A stretch of DNA of 32,000 nucleotides. Origin: Synechococcus sp. A15-28. Lineage in GTDB: Bacteria > Cyanobacteriota > Cyanobacteriia > PCC-6307 > Cyanobiaceae. Below the pieces are notes generated by a model. It made no database searches, was not told the DNA's origin, and worked only from the letters and a program-made list of their open reading frames with translations. The position numbers and the translations under genes are program-made. Where the stretch lies: NCBI RefSeq assembly GCF_014280175.1, contig NZ_CP047931.1, positions 1,440,001 through 1,472,000 of the forward strand, read 5' to 3'. Of the stretch, positions 27,845-32,000 are shown one piece after another (positions within the stretch are counted from its first letter, which is position 1; every line of letters begins with the position of its first letter).

Positions 27845-28471
27845 ATGAATATCGTTTCAGTGATTACTGGTATGACGATCATGGGGATTGCCGCCCCCAA
27901 GATCGCTAACATGAGCATTCAACCGTTTATTGCTCAAAAGCGTGCAGAAAACTTCGGCATTGCTGAGGCTGCCGCTGTCACTTTCGCAGCCCAAAATGAA
28001 GGAGCAACCTCACTTACAGTTACACCTTCTCTTTGCGATGCACCTGATCCACTAAGCAACGGTGCGTATTCCATCACTTGCACCGAAGGTACAGGAACTC
28101 CTTACGTTCAAACTGTGACCCGCAGCTTTAGGCTCCAACAGTGCGATGACAACGACGGCAACAATGGCCATGGCAATAGCGGTGGCTACGATTGCTCCAA
28201 CCCCGGTAACGGCGGTGGCGGTTACGCGGACAATGCTCGCGTCTTCAACTTCCCCACGCCTACAAAATTCACGGGCCACCAATGCCCGACTTATGACACC
28301 TGGGGAGTGAATGGCTACAACGATGCCCAAGCAGCCATCTATGGCGAGGACTATGGGGCTTGCATTCCTGATGTCGCCTGGTCGAAACAAACATACAAAG
28401 CCAGCAATCCTGACAGCTGGCTTTATGACATCAACAACCACAACGGCTGGGGTAACCACAAAGACTATTAA
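27845..28471 (+). CDS. Pilin-associated protein of unknown family: leaderless pilin-like N-terminal helix plus a Cys6, Asn/Gly-rich domain
   Basis: 208-aa ORF starting 3 nt after the pilA stop, in the same frame. The N-terminus MNIVSVITGMTIMGIAAPKI is followed by an amphipathic helix-like stretch. There are six Cys (positions 64, 79, 100, 117, 147, 173) and tracts such as DDNDGNNGHGNSGGYDCSNPGNGGGGY. Confidence 0.7.
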   Translation: MNIVSVITGMTIMGIAAPKIANMSIQPFIAQKRAENFGIAEAAAVTFAAQNEGATSLTVTPSLCDAPDPLSNGAYSITCTEGTGTPYVQTVTRSFRLQQCDDNDGNNGHGNSGGYDCSNPGNGGGGYADNARVFNFPTPTKFTGHQCPTYDTWGVNGYNDAQAAIYGEDYGACIPDVAWSKQTYKASNPDSWLYDINNHNGWGNHKDY

Positions 28472-28536
28472 AGGAGATGCTCTGATTGCGATCTTTCTTG
28501 AGCAGGGCACCTCATTCATTCACAAAGCTAAAAGAT

Positions 28537-28570
28537 GGCTGCTCATCATCGGGCAGCTTTCTTGTTGATT
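28537..28570 (+). terminator. Possible intrinsic terminator downstream of the pilin pair
   Basis: Stem ggctgctc / gggcagct is 8 bp including two G-U pairs, with loop atcatc, followed by ttcttgttgatt. On the opposite strand the same hairpin is followed by atctttt. The stem is modest. Confidence 0.35.
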
Positions 28571-28733
28571 AAACGGAAACAAGAGACGATTGTCGCCGAG
28601 ATCAAAAAACGAGGCAAAGAGGGCTTTCACGATAAATACCCAAAATGAGAGACTAAAATCAACGAAAACACCCTGAGAATTCACTGGTCTTGCAATGAAC
28701 CTAGACAACGATAAATCAAAGGCCAGAAGCTCA

Positions 28734-30554
28734 TTAAGCTGATCCACCATCATTCAGCTTCAACACAGCCATGAAGGCCTCCTGCGGTACATCTACCTTG
28801 CCCATCGCCTTCATTCGCTTCTTGCCCTTGGCCTGTTTCTTCAGCAGTTTCTTCTTCCGTGATATATCGCCGCCATAACACTTGGCGAGCACATCCTTAC
28901 GGATGGCACTAATGCTGGTGGAGGCAATGATTCGGCTACCAATCGAAGCCTGAATGGGGATCTTGAACTGCTGGCGGGGGATCAGCTCCTTCAGTTTCTC
29001 CACCAGGGCCTTACCCACGTTGTAGGCCTTGTCTTGATGAACAATCGTGGTGAGGGCATCAGCCCGATCGCCGTTGATCAACACATCGAGGCGTACCAGC
29101 TGGTTCTTGCGGTAGCCGATCAGGCTGTATTCCATCGAGGCGTAGCCTTGGGTGCGCGTCTTCATCTGATCGAAGAAATCGGTCACCACCTCCGCCAGCG
29201 GTAACTCGTAGATCAACGTCACCCGATCGGTGGTGATGTATTTCATGTCGATGTACTCCCCGCGCCGTTCCTGACAGAGGCCCATCAGGGCACCGTTGTA
29301 CTCATTCGGCGCATAAATCTCCATCTTCACGTAGGGCTCTTCGATCGACTCACGCTTCTGCGGATCGGGAAGGGTGGCGGGGTTATCCACCATCTCCTCA
29401 CTGCCATCGACCATATTCACCTTGTAAATCACCGACGGCGCGGTGACGATCAGATCCAGGTCGTACTCACGCTCCAGCCGCTCCTGCACGATCTCCATGT
29501 GCAGCAGGCCAAGGAAGCCGCAGCGGAAGCCGAAGCCCATGGCGCTGCTGGTTTCCGGCTCGTACTTCAGCGCCGCATCCGAGAGCTGCAGCTTGTCGAG
29601 CGCATCGCGCAGATCGGGGTACTGGTCGGCTTCGGTGGGGAACAGGCCGCAGAACACCATCGGCTTGGCCTCGGTGTATCCGGGCAACGGCTCCTCCGCC
29701 GGTGCGTTCAGCAGGGTGATCGTGTCGCCCACACGGGCATCTGCCACCGCCTTGATCGACGCCGCCAGGTAGCCCACCTCACCGGCGTGGAGCTCGTCCA
29801 CTTTCTTCTGATCCGGCGCCATGATCCCGATCTCGTCGAGCTCATAGGTCTTCTTGCTCGCCATCAGCAGCACCTTGTCCTTGCAGCTGATGCGGCCGCT
29901 CATCACCCGGAAATAAACGATCACGCCCCGGTAGGGGTCGTAATAGGAGTCGAAGATCAGCGCCTTGGTGGGTTCCTCCACCGCATCCTTCGGCGGCGGC
30001 ACCCGGTCCACCACCGCCTGCAGGATCTCGGGCACCCCCAGGCCGGTCTTGGCCGAGCAGGGGATGGCGTTGTCGCAATCGAGGCCGATGATCGCCTCCA
30101 CCTCTTCCTTGATCCGATCGGGATCCGCACCGGGGAGATCGATCTTATTGAGCACCGGGATGATCTCGAGATCGTTGTCCAGGGCCAAGTACACGTTGGC
30201 CAGGGTCTGCGCTTCCACCCCCTGGCTGGCATCCACCACCAGCAGCGCCCCTTCACAGGCCTGCAGGCTGCGGCTCACCTCATAGGAGAAGTCCACGTGG
30301 CCAGGGGTGTCGATCAAGTTGAGGACGTACTCCTCACCATCGGCCGCCTGGAAGTTCATCCGAGCGGCCTGAAGCTTGATCGTGATCCCCCGCTCCCGCT
30401 CCAGATCCATGTTGTCGAGGAACTGGTCCTGCATGTCCCGGTTGGCCACGGTGCCGGTGTCCTGCAGCAGGCGGTCAGCCAGGGTCGACTTGCCGTGGTC
30501 GATGTGGGCAATGATGCAGAAGTTGCGGATCCGTGAGACGGGGGCGTCGGTCAT
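28734..30554 (-). CDS. lepA: Translation elongation factor 4 (LepA)
   Basis: [30 protein letters not shown] and NKIDL GTPase motifs, plus the LepA C-terminal region ...[15 protein letters not shown]. Confidence 0.97.
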   Translation of the reverse strand: MTDAPVSRIRNFCIIAHIDHGKSTLADRLLQDTGTVANRDMQDQFLDNMDLERERGITIKLQAARMNFQAADGEEYVLNLIDTPGHVDFSYEVSRSLQACEGALLVVDASQGVEAQTLANVYLALDNDLEIIPVLNKIDLPGADPDRIKEEVEAIIGLDCDNAIPCSAKTGLGVPEILQAVVDRVPPPKDAVEEPTKALIFDSYYDPYRGVIVYFRVMSGRISCKDKVLLMASKKTYELDEIGIMAPDQKKVDELHAGEVGYLAASIKAVADARVGDTITLLNAPAEEPLPGYTEAKPMVFCGLFPTEADQYPDLRDALDKLQLSDAALKYEPETSSAMGFGFRCGFLGLLHMEIVQERLEREYDLDLIVTAPSVIYKVNMVDGSEEMVDNPATLPDPQKRESIEEPYVKMEIYAPNEYNGALMGLCQERRGEYIDMKYITTDRVTLIYELPLAEVVTDFFDQMKTRTQGYASMEYSLIGYRKNQLVRLDVLINGDRADALTTIVHQDKAYNVGKALVEKLKELIPRQQFKIPIQASIGSRIIASTSISAIRKDVLAKCYGGDISRKKKLLKKQAKGKKRMKAMGKVDVPQEAFMAVLKLNDGGSA

Positions 30555-30637
30555 GCAGCAGCGGAATCCCGTCTCGGGTCCATGGTTCTTCGTTCTCCCA
30601 ATCCTAAGGAGGGGTCAGCAGTGGCGATGAAGCAGCG

Positions 30638-30964
30638 ATGTCTCTGAGCAATCCCTGGACCCTGCTGTTGCTGGCCATCAGCGCTGAGGTGATCGGCACC
30701 TCCTGCCTGCGGTTATCGGAGGGCATGACCAGGCCCCTGCCCACCCTGCTGGTGTTCAGCGCCTACGCCCTTGCGATGGTCCTGCTCTCCAAGGTGGTGC
30801 TGAGCATTCCCCTGGGAATCACCTATGCCCTGTGGAGTGGCATCGGCACCGTGGTGATCGTGCTGGTGGGTCGCTTCGCATACAGCCAGATGCTGCAGCC
30901 CGCGCAGCTGATCGGCATCGGCCTGATCACCGCCGGTGTGGTGCTGGTGAATCTGGCCAAGTAG
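30638..30964 (+). CDS. SMR family multidrug efflux transporter (EmrE/QacE-like)
   Basis: 108 aa with four TM helices. AISAEVIGTSCLRLSEGMTR carries the conserved membrane Glu, and ITYALWSGIGTV is also present. It resembles EmrE closely rather than the SugE/Gdx subtype. Confidence 0.9.
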   Translation: MSLSNPWTLLLLAISAEVIGTSCLRLSEGMTRPLPTLLVFSAYALAMVLLSKVVLSIPLGITYALWSGIGTVVIVLVGRFAYSQMLQPAQLIGIGLITAGVVLVNLAK

Positions 30965-30967
30965 TCC

Positions 30968-32000
30968 TCAGCCCGTCAGTCCCAGCAGGGCATCGCTGCG
31001 TTGACGCATCGCTATCAGCAGTTCTGGATCCTGGGTCGGGTCGCCGCCGATGCTCGGCAGCAGAGCCTGCAGACGCTCCTGCCAGGGGGCACTCGCCAGC
31101 CGCTCCTTGAAACAACGCTGCAGAACCTCCAGCATGATCGTCACCGACGTACTGGCACCGGGCGAGGCCCCGAGGAGTGCGGCCAGTGAACCGTCGCTGG
31201 AGGCCACCACCTCGGTGCCCAGCTGCAGCCGCCCCCCCTCTTTGCTGCGCTTGATGATCTGCACCCGCTGGCCGGCCACCGACAGGCTCCAGTCCTCCGT
31301 GCGAGCCGTGGGCATGAACTCCTGCAGCGCGTCATGGCGTTGCTCCGGGCTCTGGCGCAGCTGGTTGATCAGGTATTTCACCAGGTCCACATTGGTGGCC
31401 CCCACCTGCAGCATCGGCAGCAGGTTGGTGGGCCGCACCGAGGCCGGCAGATCCAGCAGCGACCCCTGCTTGAGGAATTTGCTGCTGAAGCCGGCGAAAG
31501 GACCGAACAGCAGCGATCGCTTGCCATCGATCCAGCGGGTGTCGAGGTGAGGCACCGACATCGGAGGCGCCCCGACCGCGGCCTTGCCGTAAACCTTGGC
31601 CCGTTGTTTGTCCGCCAGCTGGGCGTCACCGCAGACCAGCCAGAGACCGCTGACGGGGAATCCGGCGAAATCATCCGCCTCCGGAATACCGGAGCGTTGC
31701 AGCAGCGGCAGGGCTCCCCCACCAGCCCCGAGGAACACAAACGGCGCCCGCACCTCCCGCTTGCCGGAGGGGTCCTGCAGGATCACCCGCCAGTCGGCCT
31801 CGGTCATGTCACCTCGGCGCAGGCGCTTGAGATCACGCACCTGGGTGCCGTACTCCACGCTGAGGGCACCGCTGTGCTGCAGCGGATCGAGATAAGCGCG
31901 GGTGAGAGCACCGAAATCCACATCCGTGCCGCGCTCGATCCGGGTGGCCGCCACCGGCTGCTTCAGATCCCTCCCGGCCATCACCAGCGGCATCCACTCG
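30968..32000 (-). CDS. mqo: Malate:quinone oxidoreductase, C-terminal about 340 aa (5' end outside the window)
   Basis: FLGAGGGALPLLQ, VSGLWL, YGKAAVGAPPMSVPHLDTR, LLFGPFAGFS and ALLGASPGASTSV are typical Mqo. The frame remains open to the window edge. Confidence 0.9.
   Translation of the reverse strand, partial: EWMPLVMAGRDLKQPVAATRIERGTDVDFGALTRAYLDPLQHSGALSVEYGTQVRDLKRLRRGDMTEADWRVILQDPSGKREVRAPFVFLGAGGGALPLLQRSGIPEADDFAGFPVSGLWLVCGDAQLADKQRAKVYGKAAVGAPPMSVPHLDTRWIDGKRSLLFGPFAGFSSKFLKQGSLLDLPASVRPTNLLPMLQVGATNVDLVKYLINQLRQSPEQRHDALQEFMPTARTEDWSLSVAGQRVQIIKRSKEGGRLQLGTEVVASSDGSLAALLGASPGASTSVTIMLEVLQRCFKERLASAPWQERLQALLPSIGGDPTQDPELLIAMRQRSDALLGLTG

Larger units (their letters stand above)
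27235..28733. other. Low-GC accessory cassette (pilin gene pair plus flanking AT-rich non-coding DNA)
   Basis: Hand counts of individual 60-nt lines give roughly 42-45% G+C inside (lines 27481 and 28561) and about 72% just outside (line 26941). The transitions are abrupt, near 27235 and at the lepA stop. Confidence 0.7.

Noticed and set aside
28535-28648. 37-aa basic ORF (MAAHHRAAFLLIKRKQETIVAEIKKRGKEGFHDKYPK) downstream of the pilin pair.
   Set aside because: It is short, has no obvious SD, and its start lies inside the hairpin I interpret as a terminator. It cannot be supported from sequence alone, but would be worth a look if ribosome profiling data exist.
28520-28753. 77-aa minus-strand ORF in the AT-rich spacer, overlapping the lepA stop.
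   Set aside because: It overlaps lepA by 20 nt, has no recognisable features, spans the putative terminator hairpin, and lies in non-coding-looking AT-rich DNA.
30555-30637. Possible guanidine-type riboswitch upstream of the SMR gene.
   Set aside because: The protein resembles EmrE/Qac rather than the SugE/Gdx subtype. I found no paired hairpins with ACGR loops or other recognisable riboswitch architecture, only a small CCCG-TCT-CGGG hairpin.

Overview
The window is a gene-dense, high-GC chromosomal segment. Its gene content (chlG, clpR-clpP, menG, ftsQ-ftsZ, HIP1-like GCGATCGC sites) points to a marine or high-GC Synechococcus-type picocyanobacterium. All names below come from motif and family recognition by eye, since no database search was possible.

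Most of the window is conserved housekeeping. In order: ftsQ (partial), ftsZ, panB, hemW, a PIN/TRAM protein, clpR, clpP, ilvC, cbiB, two polysaccharide glycosyl/sugar transferases, tRNA-Ser(CGA), comEC, glyQ, menG, hisF, chlG, a class A PBP, rsmB, an alkyltransferase-like protein, an FKBP-RTX fusion, trmH, an ABC permease, an orphan histidine kinase, lepA, an SMR efflux protein and mqo (partial).

The accessory part is a type IV pilus/competence locus at about 25.4-28.7 kb.
- It holds a very GC-rich four-gene minor-pilin operon on the minus strand, with ATGA start/stop overlaps.
- Diverging from it is a sharply low-GC cassette of about 1.5 kb. The cassette carries a long-leader PilA-type pilin and, 3 nt downstream and in the same frame, a 208-aa leaderless pilin-like protein rich in Cys, Gly and Asn. 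I cannot assign this protein to a family.

Two DNA-uptake or pilus accessory genes are visibly broken.
- comEC is frameshifted by a perfect 86-bp tandem duplication.
- The PilX-like first gene of the minor-pilin operon carries an in-frame TAG.

No CRISPR array, transposase, integrase or rRNA was seen. The many long antisense ORFs are treated as high-GC artefacts.
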